Shown here: one piece after another, positions 22,281 to 35,800 of the stretch
Numbering within the stretch: position 1 is the stretch's first letter
Layout: every line of letters begins with the position of its first letter
Source: Azolla caroliniana
Lineage: Eukaryota; Plantae; Polypodiophyta
Assembly (NCBI GenBank): GCA_043228905.1
Contig: JBHGNT010000015.1
Location: forward strand, 558,001 to 622,000
Length of the DNA: 64,000 nt
Reading direction: 5' to 3'
Notes under the pieces: generated by a model
Seen by the model: the letters and a program-made list of their open reading frames with translations, nothing else
Database searches by the model: none
Told to the model about the DNA's origin: nothing
Translations under genes and position numbers: made by a program

Positions 22281-25200
22281 CATCAGGTGAGATGTTTTAA
22301 AATTTATTCACTGTTATTACTTTGATTATAAATTTGGGAATGCCTGTCAGGAGAGCTATTGTGGTTCAAGAATTATTCCAAGTGTGTCAAACATTTAAGC
22401 ATTCAAGAAAATAATTTAGGGAAGGCATCAGTGCTAGTACTTAAAATGGCGAGGAACTGTAATTGTCGATATTTGAATCTATATAATATAGAGAAGTCCC
22501 CAGTAAAGGTTACATACGGACCATTATACCTCAAGACCATTAAGGTGCCATACTCAGGTATGGCCAAGTGCCAATGCCTCACATACCATGTGTTCCTATA
22601 GTCAACGTAGATATCTCTGAAATGTTTCTTGTGCATGTATGTACATCTTCAAGCAATATTTGGCATGCATGGAGATGAGAAAGGATGGTTGGAAGCAATG
22701 TTATAAATTTTCAGTGTATATGCCTCTGCGATACATGCATTTATGGTCATTGTAATGCAAAACCATGTGGTTCATACTCAATATCAACTTATGGATCTCT
22801 GAAATGTTTCGTCTGCATCTGCTGGTGTCTTCGATCAATACTTGGCATGCATAGAGATGGGAACGGATGGCTGAAGCTATGCTATAAATTTTCTATGTAT
22901 ATGCCTTTACATATGCATTTAGATAATAATGTTTAATTACAGTCGCTGTGACACAAGATCATGCAGGACTGTTGACTGGAGATATAGAACTTTCCAATCT
23001 CATATGAATGTGGCCTCGGATTGCTGACGATTTTATCCTAATGATTTCATTCATTCTTGTTCTTGTAAATAATAAGTGTTTACAAATATATTGTTTTACA
23101 GGTGGCCTTAACTGTTTTAACAAGAGATCTTTCTGCAATGATGCTTCCAGCCCTCATGATTGTGACCCCAATAAGAACATGATATGTTGTCCCTTACGAC
23201 AGCTGCCTCCAGGCCACACTTCACTTGCATGTGGAACCAATTCCTCTCCCACCACACCTTTTCCATATTCATTCAACAAATTACAAGTAGACCCACCAAT
23301 TGATCACTAATCCATTCTTATTTTAAATTTGTTACATTATTGAATGTAAATATATCTGTCAAGTGAAATTGCAATTTATGAGTTGTGCCTTTATTAGTTT
23401 TTGAAGTACATCTCTTTATGTGTTTGTCATTTGCCATGAGTTTTTGAATTTTCACTCCCTCCATTACTCCTTACGCAAGCTATGCATTATAGATTTCTTT
23501 TTGTGTTCAGATAAGTGTTCATAGCTATGATTCTACAAACCATTGTCAATAATGTGGCACAGTGTCTCTCTTCCCAATACATTTGTGACTTCAAGAAGGC
23601 CCCAAATGGATAACTTGCTAGGATTCTGTGCTATGGACCTTCAATTTTGAGCATTTTTAAATTAAGTGTATATACCTTCTGAGTTTGAAACATGGACATT
23701 ATGCAAAGCACTACGGAACTGTATGATGTTTTGCAACTAATTTGTAAATTGTTAATTCGTTGACATGATTTTCTTCATTGTTTAAGGTATTTACTGTGAA
23801 TTAATTGGAATGCAATGATGCAATTTTTGTGATGAACAAATTGATGTGGTATTGGTCTGTTGATTCTAGACTTCTATTTGAATCTTTTGTATGAAATGAT
23901 TTATCACTGACTCTTTAATTACTTTATATGAAAGAATACTGTCTTTGAAATATTTGAGGGAAGAAACACAAAGCAAATGAATGGAGAAACTATATAGTGA
24001 TATATTGGGGTTTAGTTGTGAGTGAGTGCTCCAATGTGTCTTAAGCAGAAAACCTTTCTTTGAGACAAAAAATGTGGTTTGGCATCTGTTTGAGTTGAGC
24101 CAAACACACAGGGTTGTGGAGTGCAAAAGGGTTATTCAAAAGTAGGGAACTAGGAGGATGTAAAAATATTGATCGATTTAGGACAGCAAGCCACACAAAT
24201 AGGAAAGCCCAAAGAAACTGAGATCTTGTTCATTAGCACAGCCACTCTAGAGTTGTCTCTCTATGTATTCACTCTAACTTGTTTCTCTATATAGCTACTT
24301 TGATTGTGTTTATGTAGCCACTATGGGCTGTACTTTCTAATTTGTTGGGGATATGTATTTTTTTTGTGCTAATAATGAATTAGTCTAGCATTATGTTGCA
24401 TAAATATTCATAATTCATAGGTCTTGGTATGACATATCTTTATAAATTCTTGTCTCTTGTTGGGAGCATAACTATTGTTGTTCACTTGTAGTTTAAATTG
24501 TTGTGTAGGATCTATGTATTGATGGAGTTAGCTCCTCAATGTCATTTGTGGAGTTCAGACCGGCATATACCCTTTTGATGGCGAATTGGGTAGAGATGGT
24601 TGTCGGACACCTTCGAGCCTCACACTCACTTAACGATTAATAGATGATTAAGCATGATATCTCTCTCACTCTCTCAAGCTCGCTCTCATAGACAATAGGG
24701 TAATAAATATAGACAATAAGAGTAATGAATATGTTTATTAACCCTCTTTGCTAAGAGGTCTAGCACCAACAAGGAAGAGAGATTAGTGTTCTCTAACTAA
24801 ACACTTCACTAATCTCTCTTAAGCTTAAAGTTTACAGGGAGGAGAGGAAGCTCTACCTCTTAATCAATAGGGAGATCTTTACAAATGAAAGAACCATTAC
24901 AAAGCCAACACCATGTGGTTTATATAGCATTTACATTTAGGGTATGGACCTTGCACACTTGGATGTCCTTTAACCCTCTTTCTTCTTGTCATTCTCTCTT
25001 CGTAGGTCCTTTAGCCATACTATGTCCTTGTTGATGCGCTCTTCTTCACGACTGGTCGTGGTGCTATCCAAGAGCTTAACAATTGTCATAGGAATTCATA
25101 TGGAATCTCTCAAAAACAATATGCTCACTTCACTTTTTTGTAATATAGTGGCATGTCCTAATTCTTCTTGATCAATAAATGAGAATACATTCATGATCAT

Positions 25201-25936
25201 AGTAAGAATTGGGTCTTGGTCAATATGGTACATTAACAAATATCCATCTCATATTTCTATGTTGTTTAGTGTCTTCTCTTAAATATACCTATGTAATATC
25301 TTGCATGGATAATTCTGTAAAACATTTGCATTACATCTTATTTGAATGTGGATTGCTAGGTGTCTACTTTACTTTTTTCCCCATTTGACTTTCTCAAAAG
25401 ATCAACTCAATTTTAGACAACTGATCTCGAGATTCACATAATTTGTTCTTCCCGGTCAATTCTCTCCCGTGCAGTGCCTCCTACCTTTTATTAGTTTCTA
25501 TATGTTTCTCTCCTCTAACTTGAAATAATTTTTTGAACTTCAAACACAGCACGAGGGCACCTTTGTTTCCCCTTGACTTTGTGAGACATACATGTAAACA
25601 AAGATGATGTATAAGAACATTCAACCATGACACATACATAATAGTTGTCTTTATATATATAACTGAGGAGTCACGAATAATTCAATGGATCCTCTTTGTT
25701 CCACGAAACACTAGTCTCGAAAGTGCGAATTACCGGGAGCATATAACTTTGGAGGTCAGAGAGTCTCAAAAAAGTGTGAAATAATTTGGAGGATATGCTG
25801 GTGGATATATATAGTAAAAGAAACCAAACTCTAGTCAGAAATACAGTAACAAAAAACAGAGACAGAAACAAAGCAGGGGATTTAGATGGATATTTAAACC
25901 AGGAAAGAATACGTTTATCCCGTGTGCTTCTCTGCC

Positions 25937-28108
25937 ATGGATCATCATCAGAAGCTTTTGTCCGTTGCAATAGATGCTGCAAAGTTGGCTGGGAAGGTAG
26001 AGATATATAGATATATGTATGTATTTCTTCCATTGTTTCAACTAAGTTCTTGTATATTAATAAGAAGCACTTCCTGGTTCTGCTTTTGTCTACAGATTAT
26101 CGCAGAAAATTTTCATTCAGAAATCAAGACAATTGAACATAAAAGTCAGGTTGATAATATACATTCACCCGCATGACCAACTCTCATTATGTAGCTTATC
26201 TTTATGCTCATCGTTTATGAATTTGATTTCGTAAAGACACTCTATTAATTTAGACAATGCATGTCTGCTTCTGATAAAGTATAATCCATGACATATATGT
26301 AATATCAACACACGCATTCATATATGTCCGTGCTTATATGTTTTTGTATATTGCATATACATCATTGTGATAGGAGGATCACAGGTCTTTTATAGCAATT
26401 AATCGTTTTAATTGTCCTAATACACTTCCAGAATTCTAGACGTAATAATGATGCTAGCATATATTCATGTTATACTTTGATGCCTAAATTCCTTTATTGA
26501 TGAATATGCTGTAGGTTGACCTCGTGACAGAAACAGATAAAAGATGTGAGGAGTTAATTTTCGAACATATCAAGAAACATTATCCTGATCATAAGGTGTG
26601 TGTGTGTGTGGTTAAACGAGACTTTCCTTGTTACAATCTCCCAATACTTTCTGTGTCATCTATCAACAGTTGATTGGAGAAGAAACAACAGCTCTTTCTG
26701 GATCATTTGAAATCACTGATGTTCCAACATGGATAGTGGATCCCGTCGATGGGACAACAAATTTTGTACACAGGTGTGTTTCAAAAGAAGTTTTTGATGA
26801 TGGTATATTATTATTGTTTTTAAACATCAAAAACTTATCTACCCTGTCGTTAGACATTATATTTTAGTCTTGATGATGGTATACTTATCTGCTCTGCCAT
26901 TAGACATTATATTTTAGTCTTGATTTGTACCTACACTAAGTGGCTGCCTGAATTAACTGGTCTGTGATCAAGTGCTATCATATACAAACCATGGGTATAG
27001 TGTACAAATTAACTTCATACTTGAAGAGGTGGAAGGCAAGTGGATCAGCCCATGAATGTTCTCATAGGGTGATGCCAGTATGGCATCATGTTATCCATCA
27101 CGAAATCGTCTGGGGGATTGGGCAGTGGCACCATGTATCCTTCAATTTAGCCAACAGCTCTTATGGGATGTTCATGTATCATAGGGCATGCGGAAGTAGC
27201 CAAAAGAAAAACTTTGGTCAAGCAATATCCCTTTATGAGTTTCTGGTTGTGTACATTCTGTGATATTTTCATACAGGCTATAGAAGAAACCTGACATCTG
27301 CTGTATAGAGAGAGAGAGAGAGATATTAACGTCTTTTAAGAGGCCAAAATGGCCTATAAGACCAAACAAGAGATTACATCTTAAGTGTTGTCTCGTCTTT
27401 GTTATGTCCTGGTTTAGAGCCCATTTGTGTATCTTGTGATTGATTTGTAGCATTAGGAGTGATGGGGCTAAAGAAAGTTGCGTGAGAGAGAGATCTTACA
27501 ACATAGTTGGCATTCTAAATTGCCACTTGTACTCTCACTGCTCTAAGTACTTGGAGAGTTTTGATAGGAGGATTGCCTTTGGGATTAGCTCTAAAGCGTC
27601 GTGGACTAGCAACAAGTAATTGCTTTTTTTGCACTGTTCAAATGGAAGATCGTACTCATCGACTTATATAGTGTCCGATTGCTTGTCAGATTTGGAGTTA
27701 CATTTCTCAAATTTAGCAAGTTTTATCACAGTGTTATTTGACACCTAGACAGTGGGTGTTTGCACAATTTACACAGGTAGACCCAAAATCAGAGATGGAG
27801 ATCGGTTTTCTATTTCTGAGATATTGGGGATTGCGTCATAATTGGAACATGCGCAAAGCTTTTGTATTCGGTGGTAGACATGGAGTGAAAGCTTATCTAC
27901 GAAAGCTGAAGGGAGTCCTAATGTGACAATTTTCTTTATTGGAGCAAGTGGAAATTCTTTCCTCAGTGGAGTGTTTGTCTTGCCTATTGGCAATTCAACA
28001 TGTTCCACTACCCATGTAGTGTAGTTGGCGGGTAACCATACTCCATTGTCATACCCATTGTAAGTAGTGTTCTTTACACACATTTATTAATATAATTGTG
28101 TGTTTTCA

Positions 28109-28162
<54 letters not shown>

Positions 28163-31100
28163 AAGATATATCAACATCTAGTAGTGACCAAAATTTGCGT
28201 ATTAGACACTTACAAATATGGATGAATTGAGGGAAAGATATATCAACATCTACTAGTGACCAAAATTTGTGTATTAGACACTTACAACTATGGATGAATT
28301 GAAGTTACCCACTTTGGAACAAAAATAATTCTCTAGGTTTCCTAAAGATCCATGAGCATGATCTTAATGGATGATCATAATCCATGAAAGAGAGATTATT
28401 GTTCAAGGCAAGCAAATACAAGAGAGGGGACAGGTAGTAATGATGATGCTATTTTATTTCTCTGTGGACAAGAAAAAATGAACGCCATACATGATAGGAT
28501 TCTCCTCTGACGGATCAAAGTATGGAGCTTTTATCAGCCATGGGTGGTTTTTAAGTGATCATCAATGCTAAAAAGATGGGGCTTTCTCTTGTCAAATTGT
28601 TCCATTTTATTATGATTAATGGGAATAGTGACCTTATATTGGCATGTGCAATGGTGTGAATTGTTTCTTATCAATGTTATGGCTCTGGGAAGTTGTGGAT
28701 ATATGTTATATATTTGTCTAGGCATTTGCTACATTCCACTCTTGATGGCTAGATTGTGGTTGTGTGCTCTGAGGATGATTGCCTATCTTGTCTGAGAAGG
28801 TGGTTGGGTTTACTTGCATGCCATTCGATACTGTCCCAATACTTGGGACTCTATGAGGGATTTGTTGTGTTGTAGTTTCATTATTAATCAGAGAGAAAGA
28901 GACAGTGAGAGACAGTGATGATAATGAGAGAATATCTTCAATTTTTCTTAGGTTCCCATTTGTGTGTGTGTCGATCGGCATAGTAATTGGAATGATTCCG
29001 ACAATTGGTGTTGTTTACAATCCAATACTTAATGAGGTAAATTTTCACCCACTTAAAGAGTTAATTTGATATGATAGTCTGATTTTTGTAGGAGGGATTG
29101 CTTTATTTGAATTTTAATGGAATAGGAATTCAGTGATAGTGTTGAGAGTAACACATCTTCAATCCCTATTCGTGTGGTGACTTATGAGGAATAAATCAAA
29201 CAACACCAATCAACTAATACAATAAACAAAGGTTTATGTGGAAAACCTCCTCAATGTGAGGAGTAAAATCCATGGAACCAAATGGTTCACTCTTAATCTT
29301 CCACCAAATGTTGATTTTATGTTGGAAGTTTCAGTGCCTTCTATGTAGCCCTGGTAAAACGGGTTATCAGAGGATCAATCCTGTCATCATTGGAGAACAA
29401 ATCAGTGAAAAAGTGGGACAATTTTCTTATCACTAGCTATATTTTGGTATTTTCATTGAGCCCTTACATGATAATGAGGGTTGTTATTCCTCTTGTTAGA
29501 TACTAAACAAGGATATTTCGTACCCAGTATTAATTTGGGGAAGATTCAAAGAGGACCGTTTGGTTGTGTGGTTTTTATTCACAGCGAATGGGTTGTGATT
29601 CACCTTGTTAGATACTAAACAAGGCTGTTTTATACCCAGTATTAATTTTGGGACGATTCAAAGAGGAGAGTTTGGTCTTGTGGTTGTTATTCACAGCGAA
29701 TGGGTTTTACATGTAAACCTGTGTGCTGTATTTGCTGAATGGTTTTGCTTGATTTCTTCCTCATAATTTACAAGAAGAGGAATTGAAGGTGTGTTATCCT
29801 AATTTTATAGTGCTAAAATATAGCAGGTCTCATGGCCAATTTGATCCTTTTTTCTGCTATGCCTAGTGGAGAATCTTGGAATCTGTACATGTGGGTTTAG
29901 TTTCGGAATAGGTTTAAACTGCCAGCTTCTGTTTTAGGTTTTGGGCTCTATTTATTTATCAATGAATGCCAATAGGCTGTTGACATCCTTGTTCAGGAGC
30001 AATTTAGTTGCCTGGATGTGAACGTATGTCGTATTGCATCTAAAATCATGTGTTTTTTTTCACTGATATAAAGTTTCTCACGTGGTGAAATTGGTGTTCT
30101 GATTTATTTTCTACTGCCTGCAGAGCTTGCACAGACCAATTTTAGTATGGACATACTAACATAGCTACTCATTTTGACCACTGCTTAGTTCAGTTTTTAC
30201 TGTTTTGTTTCTATCTTCAGAGTGTAGATCTCTCATTGGTGTCTATATGCATCAAATATGTCGTATCATATTTCATAAGACCTTAGATAATTACTGAACT
30301 GTGATGTATCATGTTTTCCAGCACTTTTTAAAGTAGATATGGAAACCTTTTCACAAGACTACTAAAAATGTCATCCAAACACCTACAGGATCAGAACTTC
30401 TAGGCCTGAGGTTCATAACCTGTCACTTTAACTTCATATATGAAAGGAAAAATATATGGTCATGTTCTTTTGAGTCCAATGAATGATTTCTGTACGACGC
30501 ATCATCATCATCTATCTATCTGTCTCAAGGAAAGATAAAGGGGAGCCTCCAAATAGTAGATATGTCATTCAATGGATATGGACATTCTTGAATAGGTTGT
30601 ACCGTTTGTATTTGAGTATAGGAATGTATTGGAAGAAAGAATTAGATTCTGTAGAAGCTCCAGTGCCATTTGAATGCTAGATGTTTCTTCACCATGCTCA
30701 ACTATATAATCTAGCTTTGCTTTAATATTTTGTTTGCATAAAGCAGTTTTGCAATTTGATGGCAGATGTTTACTGCAGTGCGTGGACAGGGGGCATTTTT
30801 GAATGGGAAGCCTATATCAGGTGTGCTTTTATTTCTCCTTGTAATTCTTTGTCCAGAAAAGTGTATTCTTACTGCCAATGCTTTGGGTTATTTGTGAAGT
30901 TTCTGTGCAAAAGAGCTTGGGAAATGCACTTCTTGCTACGGGAGTGGGTACTAAACGGGACAAAGCGAGAGTGGATATGATCACGAATAGAATTAATAGT
31001 CTTCTTTACAAGGTGTGAAACTCTTCAGTATTGCTTTTATCCATATGATTATTTGTTCAGGCGGAGTTTCTTAAATAATGTTGTTTTACTTTGGAAAACT

Positions 31101-32338
31101 CTTTATTCTTACATTCCTTAGGAGGTAACAAGTGTGCACTATAGATAATTAGCTTCCACCTCTTTGATTAATGAATTGATTTCAGACATGCCATGCATTT
31201 TTTCATACCCCTTACATGTCAAATAAATTGCAATAACAACATTGGTGATACATGTTTTAGGTCTCAAAATCTTGAAAACACCCTTTCTTTTAGGGGTGGA
31301 GATTTATGATAAATGCTTGCAGATTTGTTTATACGTCTATTATATTATAAGTTTTTGAAAGACCTTTCTCATTCTTAGTGCTAGATTTCTCGATGCCGTG
31401 CAGCCGTGCAGTTACATAGGTGTAGCTACCTAGTTTATGTACATTTAATTTTCTACTAAATTTACGAGATCAGATTTACCCGTCAGAAGCAGTGATAGCA
31501 ATTTAGTGCAGTGGTTCATGTACTAAGTGTTGCTTTTATAAAAGTGGCTGCAAAGTGCCATCATTTTGATTATAAGTCACTGTTACAAGTTTGTAGCTAA
31601 ATGGCCAGGCAGGTTGGTTAGCAGAACATGATTTAAGCACTTCTTCATGCTCCTTTGCTAAAAGAGAGAAGAAAAGAAGACCATGCTAGCTCTTATTGTT
31701 GAGTTTTCTTGTATGAAACATTTTCAGAGGAATTCTGCTTATGGTGCTCTTAAAACAACCTTTTGAACCCATACCATTCATTCGGCTGAATTATGTTTCA
31801 AATCGTGGTAACAGGTTCGATCCATCCGCATGAGCGGTTCAACTGCATTGAATCTTTGTGGGATTGCATGTGGAAGGCTTGATATCTTCTATGATATTGG
31901 CTTTGGAGGTCCTTGGTAGATTTTCACTTTTACATAGCATCCATATTATTATCTATTTTCTTTAAAAATTTATCTTACAAAATGATCATACACATACTCA
32001 TAACTACTGAGGTAATGATCATATATACAATACTATTTACAAACTGATAATGTATATGTAACGATGAATGTAAAATAATGATCAGGGATGTTGCTGCTGG
32101 AGTGGTTATTGTTCAAGAAGCTGGTGGGATGGTTTTCTCTCTGTGAGTATATACTTCGAAGTTTAATAAGAATAAAGCTCAATGAATCCTTTAGGAACGT
32201 ATCAACTGATACTAATATGGCTTTATGGACAGATCCGGAGAGCCATTTCATATTGAAGCACTCTCCCTTGCTGCATCAAACAGCTATTTAAAAGACTCTC
32301 TTGTGCAAGCATTAGATGAAAGCCGTCCAGACCTATAA
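25937..32338 (+). CDS. VTC4: Inositol monophosphatase / L-galactose-1-phosphate phosphatase (IMP/VTC4 family), 10 exons
   Basis: Exons 25937-25996, 26096-26149, 26515-26595, 26670-26773, 28952-29036, 30766-30820, 30900-31012, 31815-31915, 32086-32142, 32233-32338. Motifs [33 protein letters not shown]. Symbol denotes the family, orthology not shown. Confidence 0.9.
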
Positions 32339-32853
32339 TAAAACCATATTGATACCTTTGTATCTGTAGGAGCAGGGTTGCAGTTCACACAAAATGCAAA
32401 GGGTTTACATGAGATTATAAAAACTTCCCAACTTGAAAATATTCTTGCATTGGATACTACAGTGTCATGATTCATCCAGCCTCTGATGATTGTCAATGAC
32501 AAATGATTTCAGAAACAGACAAGATTCCATTTAGAATAAAAACATGTTTAAATTACACGTTTAGTATTCCTTAAATGTTTTATGGCACAATGTTGATTTG
32601 ACCAGAACAACCAGTTTTCTTTGTAGAAAATAGAAACTGAAATTTATAGGATCAATGCTCAATGCAAGATTTGGCAGATGCTTCAATACTCGAGGACTGG
32701 CAAAAACAACAAATAATACTATATGCCTTGAAAATTGTAATGTTAGGATAATTATTTCCCAAAACAACAAGTCTTTGATTGATATTACATCATTTAACTT
32801 TACAAATTACTATCTTGATAAAGGTTCAATAGAAATTACAAAATTTTCTGCTG

Positions 32854-35800
32854 TTATAATGCATACGTCATTTTGGCAGCCAATACAGTATTTTGAAGCA
32901 GCATAGCAATGGTTACAGGTCCCACACCACCTGGAACAGGACTTATGAGAGATGCCACAGTGCAAGCTTCAGCAATACACACATCACCCACAAGCTCAAA
33001 ATCTCCTGATTCAGGACTCTGTGTTCATTCAATATTGCATACAAACAGGAGTCAATACTCGTCATTGTCAGCCATAAATGGATATTGAAATTTATGTGGC
33101 ATTAGTATTTTTACCAAAATGTGATTAATTCCAACATCCAAGACCACAGCATTTGGTTTCAGCCAGTTAGCTCGAACTAAATTAGGACAGCCCGCTGCAG
33201 AGATAATTATGTCTGCATCGCGGGTATATTTTTCAGGATTTTTTGTTAGCATGTGCACTCTTGTAACAGTTGCATTATGGTTCTGCATCAAAAAACATAT
33301 TTATTATCGGCACAGAATAGTAAGAACTGGAATGAAGAATAGATCATTCTAAACCATTTATCACGACTCACGCCGTATTCCTAAAGAGACAAAAGTGTCC
33401 ATGAGATACGAAAAAGTTCCATCATGATCATATACATACCTCATCTTTCTCAGTTCAACCAAACTCACTGTTCTCTGGTGAAGGTTCAGTTGCCTGGCAT
33501 GTCCTTTAATTATTACATCTACGTCACGTATAATCTATGTGTGTATCTAACAGACCCAACGATCTAATCAAATCAATGAAAGGTGAATCTAGTGTAACCA
33601 CATTATGCCTAGCTCCTTTCATTAGAGGCTGTGAGCTTCTGACTTGCATGGGAGAACTCTAGCTTTCAAAGATGTGGATGAATGTCCAACCCCCTATTCA
33701 CTGGAAGCTGAATAACGATGATGGACCATGTCATCTTGACCCAGGTTAGTAAACCATCCCTTATTGCCAATAAAAAGGTCCTGATATTCATTGCATCTAC
33801 CCTATATAAGACCCCTAAATCTTAACATAAATTAAGGTAATAGCTGATGGCTAGCTTCACCTGAATGCCAAGAATAAGCCTCACAGACCTCCAACAAGCC
33901 AACTTCCATGTGAAGAAGTGGTAGTAAATGCTGTATTAAATTAAGTTCCAATGCCTATATGGCATCCTAAATACCTACCGGTTTTGTGGAGTGTAAGTTG
34001 GGTATTCTAATTCATTAACCTTGATATCTGCCAGTTCAACAGTACATCTAAGGCCGAGTAAAAGATCTCAATGCTGAAACAATATAAAAGCCCAAGTTCA
34101 TTGTTCCATATCTGTAACCGTAGAGGTAGTATAAATTCTGTTGTCGTTTTTAGCTTGCTTTTCAGTTTTGAGTTTCATTGAATAGAACTATCTTTTTAAG
34201 TTATTCAGAGCCCAAACATTTGAAGGCAAGAACATTGGGGCATTGACAACAGGATGTGAAGAGAGTTTTTGGTGCATGGCTGCTGACAAACATTGACATC
34301 TTACACATCTAGATTTCTTGCCTTTGGTGGCTTGGAGCAATTTGTTAGAATGGTGGGTTTCTCAAATTTTCCAATTCGCTGTTGTGAGTAATAACAATAG
34401 GGCTTCGTGTAGAACCATGTTTCTTTATTCCTGTTTAAGTGAGGGAGTTCTATTATTTATTTTCTATGTGGCTCTATGTTTAGGTTTTCAATAAAAATAA
34501 TGCCTAATTTCAGTGTCCTTTTCTAAAAACCTTCACACGATGTCAAATGTAAAGCTTTTTTTTTAAATGATTTTGTAAACCATAATAAAACAATAAGCAT
34601 GTCCTCGTAAAAATAGAGATAGACCTTACTTGCAACATCAATGAAATAGGAAGCCCGGCAATATTGCTGCAACCTATTACCACTGCATACTTTCCACTCA
34701 ATGGAACATCTCTGTCCAAAAGCAACCGTAAACAAGCTTTTGCAGTGCATGGAACAAATAGAGGTTCTTTTTCCCGTAATGCTAAGTTTGCAATATTCAA
34801 AGGATGACAACCATCAACATCTTTCTCCAACTTTATCGCACCCAAAATTCTTTCTTCATCCAAATGCTGCAAAATGACGATCTGATAAGAAAATCGTATA
34901 TGAACTTCAAAATATAACCTGTTACACATTCTGTATTGTTAAGGTTAGAATGCTGTTACAAAACTTCTATTGGGCCAATTCAACCCTTGTTGATGTACCA
35001 TCATTAGGAATAGGGATAGACATTGTCATTGTATCAGGTCCAATCACTTGGAGAAAACCCTTCTTTTTCTAGCTTTCCAAGAATATAGAAAGAGCTTGGT
35101 GACTTTTTAAATGTATAATCTGAAACTGAAGAAGGCCCCCACCTCACCAAAGAAGAGAAAAAGAGAAGTGGAAATTATACAATACAAGAAAATAAAAAAC
35201 TACCTATGCCACAAAATAAATCTATCTAAACTTGAGCGTTCATCTCAAGAAGACCGAATTTCGTCTCTCTTGCTATATTTCATTAAAATTCATGATCGTT
35301 GACTAAACTTTAAATCTTACTGTGAAATTATAGGGATGCCTAACACTTCATCAAACATCTAATCTGAAGTTTCCTTACTAATCTCTGTAAGACTACATGA
35401 AGCATATGGATTTTATGTATTTGAAATGACCAAAAAGAGAAGAGAACCAATAAAAAACCAGTAGAGCAAGCAAACAATGGATGACCATATTTTGCTGCAT
35501 AAATTTGGACAGAATTTGTGTTATCAGTATGTGCATTTACCTTTGGGAGAGGAAGCTGCACCAGTATCCCGTGCGTGGAAGGATCTTCATTATATTTTCT
35601 GATGGTAGCTAAAATTTGCTCTTCAGAGACATCCTCTGGCAGCTTCTCACACGCCGAGGATATTCCTACCTCCTCACATGCAATTGTCTTGTTTTGAACA
35701 TAAAGCATCGAACTTCTTTGAGAACCCGCAACAATCACTGCCAATCCAGGTGCTTTCCCAACTTGTGATTTCATCAGTTTCACCTCCTTTGCCACCTCTT

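Noticed and set aside
28112-29710. (GA)n tract and two-copy duplications (~71 bp, ~112 bp) in IMPase introns
   Set aside because: Ordinary local duplications with no sign of function.
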